From the NCBI GenBank assembly GCA_963514005.1, contig OY740811.1:5890001-5954000 (forward strand): DNA of 64,000 bases, written 5' to 3'. The first letter of the stretch is position 1; each line of letters begins with the position of its first letter. The DNA is from Raja brachyura (lineage: Eukaryota). A program made the translations under genes and the position numbers. The notes beneath the pieces are model-generated. The model was not told where the DNA came from, ran no database searches, and saw only the letters and a list, made by a program, of their open reading frames with translations. This document shows, piece after piece, positions 1 through 11,998 of this stretch.

Positions 1-722
1 TCCTAGAATGCAGGAACTCCTCACGACCAGACCTTTTTATTTCCAACTGCCAGCATGACATCAACAGTCTCAACTTTTCCACTCCCCTTATCTACTCTAA
101 CCTCACCTCCTCTGAACGTACAGCCCTCCGCTCACTCTGCAGCAACCCCAACATTATCATCAAACCCACTGACGAGGGAGGTGCCATGGTAGACTGGTGA
201 GCCGACCTCTACTGCACTGAGGCCAGGTGCCAGCTCTCGGACACCTCCTCCTAATATCCTTGGATTATGATCCCACAGATGAATCTCACAGGCCATAATC
301 TCGCAGACCATTTCTGATTTTTATCAGTTCTGGCCCTCCAAAGCCTCCAACCTTATCATTCCCAGCCTCACGGCTCGGTTTTATCTTCTCCCCAAAATCA
401 ATAAACACAACTGCCCTGGCAGATCCATTGTTTCTGCTGCTCCTGTCCAACTGAATTAATTTCCATGTACCTCAACTCCATCCCATCCCCCTGCTCCAGT
501 CCCTCCCTACCTATGTCCAAGACACCTCACATGCCCTTTGTCTTTTCATAAGTTCCGTTGTCCAGGCCCCCACTTCCTCCTCTTTACTAAGAGTCTGAAG
601 AAGGTTCTCGACCCGAAATATCACCAATTCCTTCTCTCCAGAGATGTTGCCTGTCCCACTGAGCTACTCCAGCATTTTGTGTCTATCTTCAGTTTTAACC
701 AGCATCTGCAGTTCCTTCCTAC
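1..722 (+). mobile_element. Penelope-like element fragment: degenerate reverse transcriptase (1-590) joined to PLE terminal repeat with hammerhead-like motif (595-622)
   Basis: Translates with frameshifts to IIIKPTDEGGAMV and FYLLPKINKHNCPGRSIVSA/CSCPTELIS, typical PLE RT motifs (IKPADKG; LPKIHK..P.RPIVS). Followed by CTGAAGAAGGTTCTCGACCCGAAATATC and the shared PLE end (GATGTTGCCTGTCCCACTGAGCTACTCCAGCATTTTGTGTC). Confidence 0.8.
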
Positions 723-729
723 AACTTAT

Positions 730-892
730 GAACCTGCAGGTTTTTGGAATGTGTGAGGAAACCGGAGCACCGGATAAAACCGACTGGGTGATAGGGAGAA
801 TGTACGAACTCCACACAGCCTGCATCCTTAGACAGGCTTCAACCCGGGTCTCCAGCGCTGGGAGGCAGTAACTTTGCCGCTGCGCCACTGTG
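730..892 (-). mobile_element. tRNA-derived SINE (HE1/V-SINE-like), 5' part
   Basis: Minus strand reads CACAGTGGCGCAGCGG (A box)...GGGTTGAAGCC (B-box-like)...GGAGTTCGTACATTCTCCC, as in the other SINE copies. Confidence 0.8.
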
Positions 893-1744
893 AGCATCAG
901 GTAAGAATTCCAGTTGACCACAATGCTGTTCGACAACATGAGCCTTAACATCAACAGTTATCCACACTGTTGGTTTTAATTTAATATTGATTAAAATCAA
1001 GATTTTAAGTCCTCGGAATCTGACTCTCACATAAAAAGGCCAATTGGCTGAGGTAAAAGGAAGCATGCAGCACCTCTGCAAATACATCCCACCCTGGACC
1101 CACCCCAAGGACAAATAATGAAAGAAAGAAAATCCCAAATCATTTGTTCTCCTCGAAATATGGCAACTAAAGTGTTATGATTCACCTTTGGCTCTGCATT
1201 ATGCTTTGGCTCGGAAAGTCACTACCATTTTCCTTTCCTACTGACTTAAAACAAAAACATGATTATGTCTGAGAAATTCGTGTCTCATATTATGCAATTT
1301 AGAACAAGAAAGCCCAGCCTCTGGGTTTAACAAATTGATATTTATTCCGAGAATCAGTCTTTGTTCAGGCTGCATTGGAAAAATCAGCCAAACTTGGTGA
1401 AAACAATGCAGTTCATGCATGTCTTTCACAAAATGTATTAGAAACATAGAGATGTTTTCTCTTCCCTTTCGAAAGAGGCTGTTCCAGTTCAGGAAAGACA
1501 GTCATTCTCATACCAGTCAACAGCTTCCCCTTTCTGAGATGGGAATAATGAATCAGGAGTTTCTTCTGGTATTCTACTGAAGGGGCAAGATGAATCAGAG
1601 TATTTTCTTTAGTGGAACAGCTGAAATTAAAATGCATTTATTCTAAAGCAAGGTTAGTTTCCTTTCCTTTGCAATTTTGCTCATAATCCTTAAGTTTCTG
1701 CCTCCTGTGGGCTGATATCCTAAATGTGTCATTTAATATCCTAG

Positions 1745-1985
1745 GTCGACACAAAAAGCTGGAGTAACTCAGCTGGACGGGCAGCATCTCTGGACAGAAG
1801 GAATGGGTGACGTTTTAGGTCGAGACCCTTCTTCAGACTGAGAGTCAGGGGAAAGAGAAACAAGAGATATAGACGGTGATGTGGAGAGATATAGAACAAA
1901 TGAATGATACGCAAAAAAAGTAACGATGATAAAGGAAAGAAGCCATTTTTAGCTGTGGCCTCGGTGAGAACGAGTTGTATCTACA
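1745..1985 (-). mobile_element. PLE 3' terminal fragment with degenerate hammerhead motif (1809-1836)
   Basis: Reverse complement reads CAGTCTGAAGAAGGGTCTCGACCTAAAACGTCACCCATTCC; homologous to 55200-55400. Confidence 0.8.
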
Positions 1986-2241
1986 GCCCCTTCCTACACA
2001 TGAGAGGGTGGCACAGCTTCTGATTCACATATATTGAAATATCAAACCCACAATTTTACTGCAAAATTCACACATGTAGTCATTAGATAAGAGAAATTAG
2101 ATTGGGAACTGGTTATGATGTAATTCACAGTCAAACAGCATGCTGGGAATCTAAGGTAATCAGTGAAGAAACTCCTGGAGATCCAAATGTTAACTTGTTC
2201 AGGAATAGCATTGGATGGTGGAATCACTGGGAATTAAATAA

Positions 2242-2738
2242 AGGGCATGTCCCACCAGCATGCGACTGCATGCGGCGAGCACGACCTAACATGGTCACTT
2301 GAGCCGTACGGCCTCGTGGGGCCGGGCGCACTTCGATCGCCGGAGCCGTATGGAGTTGTGCGGGGCTGGTTCCGACATCGCGTGGGGCTCTGAAAAACTG
2401 ACACTGTCCAAAAATCCCGCGCGGCAACGGCCTGTCGGCCCGCAGCCGCATTGAGGACATACGCAGCGCCTCAACGTCATACGCAGTGTCTTGACGGCGT
2501 ACGCCTAGCGCGTGCCGTTGCGTGATGACATTACCACCCGAAGCCGTGCAACGTCCAATTTCAGTTTGCCCGCCTCCTGCCCAGCTGATTGGTGAGTATG
2601 ATGTTGGGGCCAGCCCCAGCACAACTCCATACGCCTCCATGGTTCGAATTGGGACCGGCCCCGCGAGGCCGTATGCTTCAAGCGACCACATTTAGTCACG
2701 CTAGACGGATGCAATCGCATGCTGGTGGGACAGGCCCT
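2242..2738. mobile_element. CpG-rich MITE, copy 1 (probable PIF/Harbinger type), about 140-bp imperfect TIRs
   Basis: Ends AGGGCATGTCCCACCAGCATGCG...CGCATGCTGGTGGGACAGGCCCT, flanked by TAA on both sides (2239-2241, 2739-2741). No credible ORF. Confidence 0.85.
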
Positions 2739-2751
2739 TAAGAGACGCACT

Positions 2752-3284
2752 AATAGAAACATAGAAATATCGAAAATAGGTGCAGGTGTAGGCCATTCGG
2801 CCCTTCGAGCCTGCACCGCCATTCAATATGATCAGGGCTGATCATCCAACTCAGTATCCCGTACCTGCCTTCTATCCATACATCCTGATCCCTTTAGCCA
2901 CAACTCCCTCTTAAATATAGCCAATGAATTGGCCTCAACTACCTTCTGTGGCAGAGAATTCCAGAGATTCACCGCTCTCTGTGTGAAAATGTTTTTCTCA
3001 TCTCGGTCCTAAACGATTTCCCCCTTATCCTTAAACTGTGACCCCTTGTCCTGGACTTCACCAACATCAGGAACAATCTTCCTGCATCTAGCCTGTCCAA
3101 CCCCTTAAGGATTTTGCAAGTTTCTATAAGATCCCCCCCTCAATTTTTTTAAATTCTAGCGAGTACAAGCCAAGTCTATCCAGTCTTTCTTCGTATGAAA
3201 GTCCTGACATCCCAGGAATCAGTCTGGTGAACCTTCTCTGTACTCCCTCTATGGCAAGAATGTCTTTCCTCAGATTTGGAGACC
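2752..3284 (-). mobile_element. CR1-clade (HER1-like) LINE 3' fragment
   Basis: (TTTCTATG)n-type tail at 2752-2775 and RT C-terminal coding sequence on the minus strand; homologous to 39240-39614 and 60907-61709. Confidence 0.85.
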
Positions 3285-3379
3285 TTAATGGTGCAACATT
3301 CATTATTTTGCAAGATTTACAGGCACTGAGAATATTTTATGTTAATAACCTGTTCGCGAGGTGAGTTTCATTATCTTTG

Positions 3380-3575
3380 ATCAACCATCTGCCTATCAAA
3401 ACCCCCTTCGCCTGTGTACACCTAGTACCTGCCACGCTTTCTCCTGTCCATCCACTCTTCCAGCTTTCGTTCCACCCTCAGTCTGAAGAAGGGTCCTGGC
3501 CTTGAAACGTCACCTATCCATGTTCTCCAGGGATGCTGCCTGCCCGTAGATATACTCCAGCACTTTGTGTCTTTA
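3380..3575 (+). mobile_element. PLE 3' terminal fragment
   Basis: Pyrimidine-rich UTR, then hammerhead motif, then GATGCTGCCTGCCC...TACTCCAGCACTTTGTGTC terminus. Confidence 0.75.
3483..3511 (+). ncRNA. Minimal hammerhead ribozyme motif, intact core, PLE-associated
   Basis: CTGAAGA-AGGGTC-CT-GGCCTT-GAAAC-GTC: CUGANGA box, pairable stem II, GAAA box and GUC cleavage triplet. Stem III is reduced to the palindrome ACGT; stem I is only about 2 bp. Activity not shown. Confidence 0.6.
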
Positions 3576-3904
3576 TTTTATACTAACTCATTGTTCATTT
3601 TAAGCAGTCCATGCTGACATCAGAAGGATAAAAATGATACTGATGATGTCACTGACACAAGTTTTAATATGCAATGGCTCTTAAAAGTTTGTTGCAAGAA
3701 TCTCCGTTAATGGGAATAAGATGTGGTGCTTGGCCTTGAGATTGGTACAACCTATTGCATCCAGGTGTGTTTCCTACATAACTCACTCAGTTTTCAATAG
3801 CATTGCTGGAAAACCGGGAATGGCACAGTGAGATATCTAATGTGAAAATCGGTGCAGATGAGTACAAGTGAAAAGCTGTGAAGTGCCTAGTGGTTATACA
3901 AAAA

Positions 3905-3928
3905 AGAGAGAGAGAGAGAGAGAGAGAG
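3905..3928. repeat. (AG)12 microsatellite
   Basis: Direct reading. Confidence 0.95.
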
Positions 3929-3989
3929 CGGTGCACAAAGCTGAGACAACCATCTGCCTCTTTGGAGGTTTGGAAACGGAGTCCTTGCG

Positions 3990-4260
3990 AAGGATTATCC
4001 GGAGCAGCTGTATAACAGAGGACTCTGAACAGAGAGAGCAAAACAAACGTAAAATGCAGCTGGATGATCATCAACTTGCTGAAGACCATGTTTTCAGGTG
4101 TAACATGTCCATATGTGGATGCTCCTGGTATCTTCCAGGCAGAGAACAACCTTTTGAGGGACACACTGAAAGTTGGTGAAGCCATCACAAAGGCGCTGAA
4201 GAGAACGAGTGTAATGGAAGGTTCTGTCACCACAGAGAAGCTGGCTCCTGTGCAATAGTT
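3990..4260 (+). mobile_element. Degenerate L1/Tx1-clade LINE ORF2 C-terminus
   Basis: ORF 4064-4258 (IINLLK...LLRDTLKVGEAITKAL) resembles the Tx1-type ORF2 end as I recall it (IINSVK...LRDALKLGAA.AKA). Confidence 0.4.
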
Positions 4261-4326
4261 GCACAAACGGGCCACAGGTGTGGTTTTAGTGGTTTGGATA
4301 TACAATTAATTAAACATACTGATTTA

Positions 4327-4813
4327 ACAGAGGAGATTTACTAGAATGTTGCCTGGGTTCCAGCAACTAAGTTACAGAGAAAGGTTGAACAAGTTAGGTC
4401 TTTATTCTTTGGAGCGCAGAAGGTTAAGGGGGGACTTGATTGAGGTCTTTAAAATTATGAAAGGGATAGACAGAGTTGACGTGGATAAGCTTTTCCCATT
4501 GAGGGTAGGAAAGATTCAAACAAGAGGGCATGACATGAGAATTAAGGGACAGAAGTTTAGGGGTAACATGAGGGGGAACTTCTTTACTCAGAGAGTGGTG
4601 GCTGTGTGGAATGATCTTCCTGCAAAAGTGGTGGAGGCAGGATCGATTTTAACATTTAAAAGTAAAGTGGATAGGTATATGGACGGGAAGGGAATGGAGG
4701 GGTATGGTCTTAGTGCAGGTAGATGGGACTAGGGGAAAATAAATGGTCGGCACGGACTGGAAGGGCCGAGAAGGCCTGTTTCCGTGCTGTAATTGTTATA
4801 TGGTTATATGGTT
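4327..4813 (+). mobile_element. Young CR1 LINE 3' fragment with (GGTTATAT)n tail
   Basis: Uninterrupted ORF 4346-4732 MLPGFQQLSYRERLNKLGLYSLERRRLRGDLIEVFKIMKG...FFTQRVV.VWN.LP is the CR1 ORF2 C-terminus; tail GTTATATGGTTATATGGTTA. Confidence 0.92.
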
Positions 4814-5129
4814 AACAACACCATTAATATGCATATATAATATATACATAGACTGGATGACATCATGTATGTAAAAAAAGCCACGTGCCGTTCCGTATTT
4901 TTGTATATTCTTTTTGTGCATAAGTTTATTTTTTGTAATTAAAAAAACTCCACAACACTAAAGGCCTCAGGCCTACAACCATATCTCCATCCCCCTCACC
5001 CATCCCTCCAGCCTGCTTCACTATCCGTCCCCTCCCGCTGTGATCTTCTCTCCCTGCTGTTGTCGGGTGGAGGGATGCGCTAACATAAATCTGGCCTGAT
5101 GCCCCACACCATGCCACTTTAACCTGTAA

Positions 5130-5345
5130 GTTCAGGCACATTATAGTCATAGGCACCATCTCTGAATTAAACCATGACATGGCCATTATCATATTGCATG
5201 GTGCCAATATATAGGTAGATTCTGTGTGTCATCTCATTGCAACAATGACTACGTTTCAAATGTACTTCATAGTCATAAAGCACTTTCGGAAGCGCTGAGG
5301 TTGGTAAAAGCACTACATAACTGCAAGTCTTTCCTTTTCTTTTAC
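5130..5345 (+). mobile_element. Old Deu-domain SINE (SacSINE1/AmnSINE-like) 3' part
   Basis: GACTACGTTTCAAATGTACTTCAT...AAAGCACTTTCGG...GAGGTTGGTAAAAGCACTACATAACTGCAAGTCTTTCC resembles the DeuSINE tail; similar to 51160-51470. Confidence 0.55.
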
Positions 5346-6238
5346 ATGGCATCTTTCACATAATTGGGGGCCCGGTGGCAAAATATTGGAAATGACAAAG
5401 GACATAATTTAGTGGTACAGAGTGGCAGTTGCTTTTACTTCTGCAGATTTCATTCCCTTCCCGTGTGGTTCTTCTGAGCTGTTCTTGCTTAATTAGCAGG
5501 ATAAACTGAAGCATGATAAATGCCATTATTTACTCAGTGAAAGACCACAATCATTGTTGTTTTGACCCTTGGGGCAAAAAAGGCAAAGCCCTTGATGATT
5601 TATAAGGGGCCTATGAGTGGTGCTTTCTGTATTAGCAGGCAAGGGAATAATGTGCTGCAAGACTCAACATAAATTCAAAGACATCACAATAAATAAAGCA
5701 TGTCATTTTTTTTCTTAATCTGAATCCCACACTGGAAATCTCTGAAAGATCCAGTGCTCACTGCAGATAATTATGGCCTTACTGCTCTGCAGCCTAGTGG
5801 ATGTTATTTTTCCTGTCAGATTTACTAGTGAACTGGTACCAGGCTGAAGCGCAGCCCTTGTTTCCATCAGCATATTAATATAATGTCTGTAATGATCAGT
5901 ATTATTCATTGATTTCATTAGCCTGGACTTTGACAGTACCAAATTGGACAGAATTTGTTCACTCCTGATTCTTCAAATTGCCAATGTGTTAAGTTAATTG
6001 ATAGCTACACTGGGAATAAACTCGGGAAGGAAGCAATTCAGTAAGTTTATTATCATAAAATTATTGGTATCTTCCAGAATTATGCTCTCGCAAAGGATTT
6101 GGCGACTCCTGCCTGAATTGTTCTCTATCAGTGCAGGAAGTCAGTCAATGCACATGATCCAAAGGGGAGCGCCAATGTACCGGTGCAGAGGCCCAACTAA
6201 TACAAAGCCAAGAATCCCTAAACCATTTAATACCATTT

Positions 6239-6318
6239 CGGGTCTCAACCCAAAACGTCACCCATTCCTTCTCTCCAGAGATGCTGCCTGTCCCACTGAG
6301 TTACTCCAGCATTTTGTG
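6239..6318 (+). mobile_element. 80-bp PLE terminal insertion with TSD
   Basis: Flanked by TAATACCATTT (6228-6238) and TAATGCCATTT (6319-6329); starts inside the hammerhead stem II. Confidence 0.7.
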
Positions 6319-6409
6319 TAATGCCATTTGGTCTAATTCATCAAGTCTTAGTAAAAAGCCTTCACAATATACATTGGTGAGACATAAGAAACTAACATCA
6401 AGGAGACCT

Positions 6410-6620
6410 GAAGCAACAAATGATCTGCTGGAGGAGCTCAGTCAGTCAGGCAGCATCTGTCGGGGGGTAATGGCAGTCAACATTTTGGATCGGGACCAGA
6501 TGAAGGGTCTCAATGTGAAACAGCGACTGTCCATTTGCCTCCACAGATGCTGCCTGACCGGCTGAGTTCATCCAGCAGCTTGTTTGTTCCTTGTTCCAGT
6601 ATCTACAGTCCTTGTGTCTC
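6410..6620. mobile_element. Fold-back PLE-derived element, older subfamily with CTGATGA-type motif
   Basis: CTGCTGGAGGAGCTCAGTCAGTCAGGCAGCATCTGT is inverted against ACAGATGCTGCCTGACCGGCTGAGTTCATCCAGCAG; central CAGATGAAGGGTCTCAATGTGAAACAGCGACT. Confidence 0.65.
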
Positions 6621-9289
6621 TATCAATGAGGCTTAACCTATCTCGTATTATTGATGGCTGACTCAGTCGGTGCCAGTGACACCCAACTTTATCAGTACAA
6701 ATATCACTGCCTCACCCAAATTACCTTCGGGAGCCCTAAGCATGCATTGCTTGGAAAGCCTAATGCGTTAGGACAATTGAGACTGCTGATAGCTGAGCCT
6801 ATTTATTTCCAGTTAGGGCATGATCAATGTTTCCACAACATAATCCAGAAGAAATGAGGCGAGTTTGTGCTGCACCTGTATTTCGCGCAACGTTCTGACG
6901 AAAGTCAAGAATCTGAAACATAGAAGCTTCCTTCTTCTCTGGAATTTGGAATTACACCTTGTACGCTGGAACCCAGTATCCTAATTCTGTGAAACATGAA
7001 AGTTCTCTTAAAAGGCAGTTCTCCACCACAGTATCTCCCTCCATGGAAACCCAACGTATCTCCAGCTTCAATCCCTGATCTGTAAATGTCTGCCTGTTGT
7101 TCCAGAGGTGGGCAAGATATTCTTTTATGGTTGTGCTAATATTAAATTAGCACAGGTCAACAATCGGATTTCCTGAATCAGTAGCCTGCAAAGATCTGTC
7201 TGAGCCTGCAGCTGCACAGAACTGGTGCCCCTGTCTACTGCTGGGATGAAGGAAAGTGGTAACAATACAGAGGAGGAAGCCGGTCCTTAGTTTCCAGACT
7301 TTCTCATGTATCCTGGCTATAGCGTGTAACATTCACCACTTCCTCGGCTGAGAGGGGCAGTCAAAAGCTCCATTGTATAGGAGAGAATGGTTGCTGATTG
7401 CAGTTCACCGTGACAATGGTTGGAAATAGCCAACCTGGTGGCTTTCTCTGAGACAACCCTATGCATAACTAATCAGCACCCAAATCCCCAGAGTGATCCT
7501 TCTAATGCGAAGGTTGGGGTTGAGCGCACAAGCACCCGACTACTTCTTGTACTGGGAACTTCCTCCTGGTTGTACTGCACTTTACTCCTAAAGCTAATCT
7601 CCTGCAGTTCCAGCTTTTACATTTTAATGTTGAGAGAGGGTGTGCGCTCACTTATTCCTTGAAACCGTTCAGAGATTAGATTGAATGCAGCATGTTAAAT
7701 GAAAGCAGGTGGAAAGATTCAATACCAGTGTATTTCAGAGCAGAGGCGGTGGAGACAAACTGTAATTCACACATAAATGTTAATTTTTCTGGATGTTCAA
7801 TAGTTATTTTAACATGACAAATTATATTTATTAACCCGTTTTGTCTCTGAGCTTCCTTAAATGCAACTCTAATTGTGTTCTTTCGACTTTGTGGCCCTCT
7901 GCTTGGTTACATTGACATGGTCCTGAAGATACAGGATTTTCCCTGCTGGAAATGTTATTCTTGCAGTGGCCGATTTTTTGCATTCTTTCTATGATCATCA
8001 TTTTTTCGTATCTTCTTTGACCTCTTCTTCAGAATTTCAGCTTCCAACCTGCTTCCAGCAAACGGGAATGGCAAGGTGAGACAAATGGGCAAGTACTCAC
8101 ATAGTGAGTACAAGTGGCAGTTGGAATAATAGTAGGCACTTGGATTGAATGATGGAAACTACATGCATGGAAGACCTGGATAATTAATGGAGTCTATAAT
8201 GCCACAAACAACTAATTAAGCATTCTTCATCCTATCCAACATTTCCCCACAACACTGAAAGTTTGGCAAAGAATGTCCCTTGACTTGACATCAAGACTTG
8301 CGAGTATTCTTCAGTCAATGCAATAATCCACCAAACACTTTACCACATTCCGTTGATCTGTAAACAAACCGAGTTCCACACCAACCCCAACACTATTCAA
8401 CCTTCCCCTTCACCGCAAGGGATCATTGGGCCCAAAATGGAACAGTTTAAAATAATGCCATTCAATAAAAATGATGAAATATCATCTGGAAACGAGTTAA
8501 AGTATATTCAAAACAACAAGGGTATTTTAAAACTAAACACAACTTCTTATTATTTGATGGTCACCCTTAAAGACAACATAGCAAGTGTAAATCCAGAGAA
8601 ATAACTTGCTAATGGAAGGCAAAATAAACTTAATATCCACCAATGGCAATCATATTGGGTTTCCTGGTGAAGTATATGTTTTTATGTGTAATTTGTGCAC
8701 TTTTAAATTGTCTCATAAAAAGCCCAATTTTAATTCCTGCATATTTTAGATTTGAGTTTACTCTGTGACACAGGCATACTTGGTTCTAATGTCTGTTCTT
8801 AAATGTTATGATCCGCCCTGTCCTTGAGCCATATGACATTGCTCAATGTAGAAATGCTCTATTACATGGCTATTCAAGCCTCAGGAATATAAAAGTTCTC
8901 TCAAAAGGCAGTTCCCCGCCACAAATGGTTAATATGCAGACATACAAAAATAGCTGCCACAGAGACCTATACAATCCGACAAAATTTAACCTCAGGTAAA
9001 ATTTTCAGGAATAATTCAGCAATTATTATTTGAAAATTCTATTAATAATCAACTAGGCCAGCAGGCAATTATGTCACCTGTATTATTAATGCCTCCTGTG
9101 CACATTTGGGAATCATTTTCCTACTCAAGCGTCACTCCTCTTCCACATAAATAAATATGTTTCATTAAGTAACAACAAAATGGAGATTGAAAAGAGAGTG
9201 CATGTACAGCACACCAGAAGAGTGCCTGACTGAATAAATCCAATGTGCAAAATCTGTTAGTTTTAAGACATATATCTTCAAATGAATGT

Positions 9290-9810
9290 TCCGTGCAATT
9301 CCAAGTGCCTATACAAAAGCCTCTTAAATGCCACGATGAAATCAGCTTCCACCACCCCCCCGGCAATCAGTTCCAGCCCCCACCACACTTTGTGTAAAAA
9401 ACCTGCCATGTATGTCTTCATTAGACTTTCTGCCTCTCACCTTATAGATATGTCCTCCAGTGTTGGATATCTCCACCCTGGGAAAAAGCTATTGCCTCTC
9501 CACTGTATCTGTGCCTCTCATAACTTTATATACTTCTATTAAGTCTTCCCTCAATCCCTGACGTTCCAGCAAAAACAATACAAGTCTATCCAACCCCTCC
9601 CCGTAGCTGAAACTCTCTAATCCAGGCAGAATACTGGTAAACCTTCTCCGCTTCCCCTCAAATGCTTCCACATTGATCCTGTAATGGGGTGACCAAAACT
9701 ATGTGCAATACTCCAAACGCGGCCTAACCATAGTCCTATAGAGCTGCATCATGATGTCCTGACTGATTCAATGACCTTGGCATTGAAGGCAAGCATACCG
9801 TATGTACACC
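9290..9810 (-). mobile_element. CR1 LINE fragment
   Basis: ORF 9489-9671 RRRFTSILPGLESFSYGEGLDRL.LF.LERQGLREDLIEVYKVMRG. Confidence 0.85.
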
Positions 9811-10184
9811 TTCTTGCGCCAACACCATGAGGTGAAACATTTGATTGTGCACACCAAAATAAATATTTCACCAAATGATATTAGAAGAACAAATAAAACA
9901 AGGTCAGCTGTTAGATGACGTTGATGGGAGTTCAATATATCACTAAATTTCCAGACACTCCAAATCACACTTCAAATTACCCTTCCAAACAGTGACGAGG
10001 CATAAAATACATCTTGAGGAGTAGACAGGTGCTATCAAACTCATAGGTTCTTCTAGATTGTTCCTAATATATCTTCTCTCTTCTAGATGAACATCAATGT
10101 CAGACTGACCATTTGTGCTGTGATGACCATTTTATTGCTAAAGAAGAGCCCTAGTACAGAATGATTCCCATGCATGGAACCACA

Positions 10185-10331
10185 GGGCAGCATGGTGGTG
10201 AAGTGGTAGAGCTGCTGCCTTATAGCTCTGGAGACCCGGGTTCGATCCTGACCACGGGTGCTGCCTGCACAGAGGTTATACGTTCTCCCCGTGACTTGCG
10301 TGGGTTTTCTCCTCCCACACTCCAAAGACGT
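10185..10331 (+). mobile_element. tRNA-derived SINE (HE1-like), 3'-truncated
   Basis: GGGCAGCATGGTGGTGAAGTGGTAGAGCTGCTGCC...GGGTTCGATCC (B box). Confidence 0.8.
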
Positions 10332-10379
10332 TCAATGAATTAAATAAATCATGGAAAGCTGTTATCAAGAAGCAAATAC

Positions 10380-11190
10380 AATTCAAGGGTCAAAAATGTT
10401 TAATGGTTATATGTACCAAAAACAGAAAAATGAAATTCTTACTTGCTGCCTTTAACAGGTCCGTAAATGCAACAATGCACAGATAATATATAATGACCAA
10501 AAATACGATAAAACATTTTTATGATAACCATAAAACTGCAAAAATGGTAGTCCGTAGTGCAACCAAAGTCCAGGCCCTGGAAGATCACAGTTGCTGGGGT
10601 TAGTGGGGTTAGTGTTGTGTTGGTTGCTGGGAAGAAGCTGTTCTTGAACCAGGTGGCCAGGGTTTCTGGCTCCTGCACCTTCTTTCCAATGATAATACAA
10701 CATGAGAGTGTGGCCAGGATAGTGGGGAAGTTGTATCTGTGATGGATCGGGCAGAGCTTCTGCATTTGGGTTGCCAAACTAGGCTATGACATACTCAATC
10801 AATATGCTCTCCCTCATACACCGGTGGAAGGAAGTTCAACAGAGTATTCCTCGATCTACCCTTTCTCCTCGATCCTCTATGGAAGTAGAGACATGATGAG
10901 CTTTCTTTCTGATTGCGTTGAGTCCTGGGCCCTGGACAAATCTTCAGAGATATGCACGTTCAGGAACTTGAAGCTCTCACAACCCCAAGACTGGTTCATC
11001 AATTCCTGGCTTTCCCCTTCTGAAGTCAACAATCAGATCCTTGGTCTTGCTAACTTTAAGAACAAGATTATTGGCACCATTCCATCAAATTTTCAATGCC
11101 CCCCATGCCCTGTTCTCTGTCTCATCGCTAGCCATTATGCATCCACCAACAGTGATAATGGCAGTAAATTTAAAAATGGTGTTGCAGCAA
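10380..11190 (-). mobile_element. Rex1/Babar-like LINE 3' fragment
   Basis: Minus-strand peptide GKKVQEPETLATWFKNSFFPA resembles the Rex1-type ORF end (GRRYRSL..RT.RFKNSFFP.A); 3' UTR shares TGAAATTCTTACTTGCTGC with other copies. Confidence 0.65.
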
Positions 11191-11727
11191 AGTCCACCTG
11201 CTGGATTCTTGTTGAAAAAACTCTGGTTCACTTCAAGGAACAGAATCTATATCCTAACCAAGCCGTCCTGTGTGAGTTTAGCCTCGTACTGATATGGTTA
11301 ACTCTTAACTGCCCTCTGAAGTGTCTGAGTATGCCATTAATTTGTGATAGGTTACTACCACTTAGAATGTGATTCTACAAAGTTACTCTTCTCTACAAGG
11401 GTGTTAAATATCAATTTTTTTCATCAGTGACTAGTTATTATAAATGACACATTATTGGATATTATTGAAGTTTAGAAAAAATTAATGTATATTAACTGCG
11501 TGTGTTTGCATTGACTGACCTGTTAAGCAGCTGTGATTGATAATTTCATTGTTCCCTTGCCGGTACATATGACAATTAAAACACTCTTGACATCCTTGTA
11601 CCAATACTGAATATTAAAAAATGGCCTTTGTAGAATTGATTGTATTCTGTATGAAGAAATCTCTGTCATCTGTCTTGAGACTCCAGCGTCAGCCTGCAGT
11701 CTCATCCTGTGATGACTACTAGTCTTG

Positions 11728-11998
11728 GGTGGCATGGTGGCACAGTGCCAGAGACTCGGGTACGATCCTGACCATGGGTGCTCTCTGTACAGAGTTTGTA
11801 CATTTTCTCTGTGACCTGCATGGGTTCTCTCCGAGATCTTCGGTTTCCTCCCACACTCCAAAGACATACAGGTTTGTAGGTTAATTGGCTTGGTATAAAT
11901 TGTCCCTAGTGTGTATAGGATAGTGCTAGTGTGCGGGGATTGCTGGTCGGCACAGACTCGGTGGGCTGAGGGCCTGTTTCTCCACTGTATCACTAAAG
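11728..11998 (+). mobile_element. tRNA-derived SINE (HE1-like) with internal deletion in the head
   Basis: GGCATGGTGGCACAGTG...GGTACGATCC...GGGCTGAGGGCCTGTTTCTCCACTGTATCACTAAA. Confidence 0.85.

Noticed and set aside
3787-4305. 172-aa hydrophobic ORF on the minus strand
   Set aside because: Antisense to a LINE relic and an AG microsatellite; no recognisable domain or splice context.
8093-8111. Hairpin GTACTCAC-ATA-GTGAGTAC
   Set aside because: An 8-bp stem is expected by chance in 64 kb; no supporting context.
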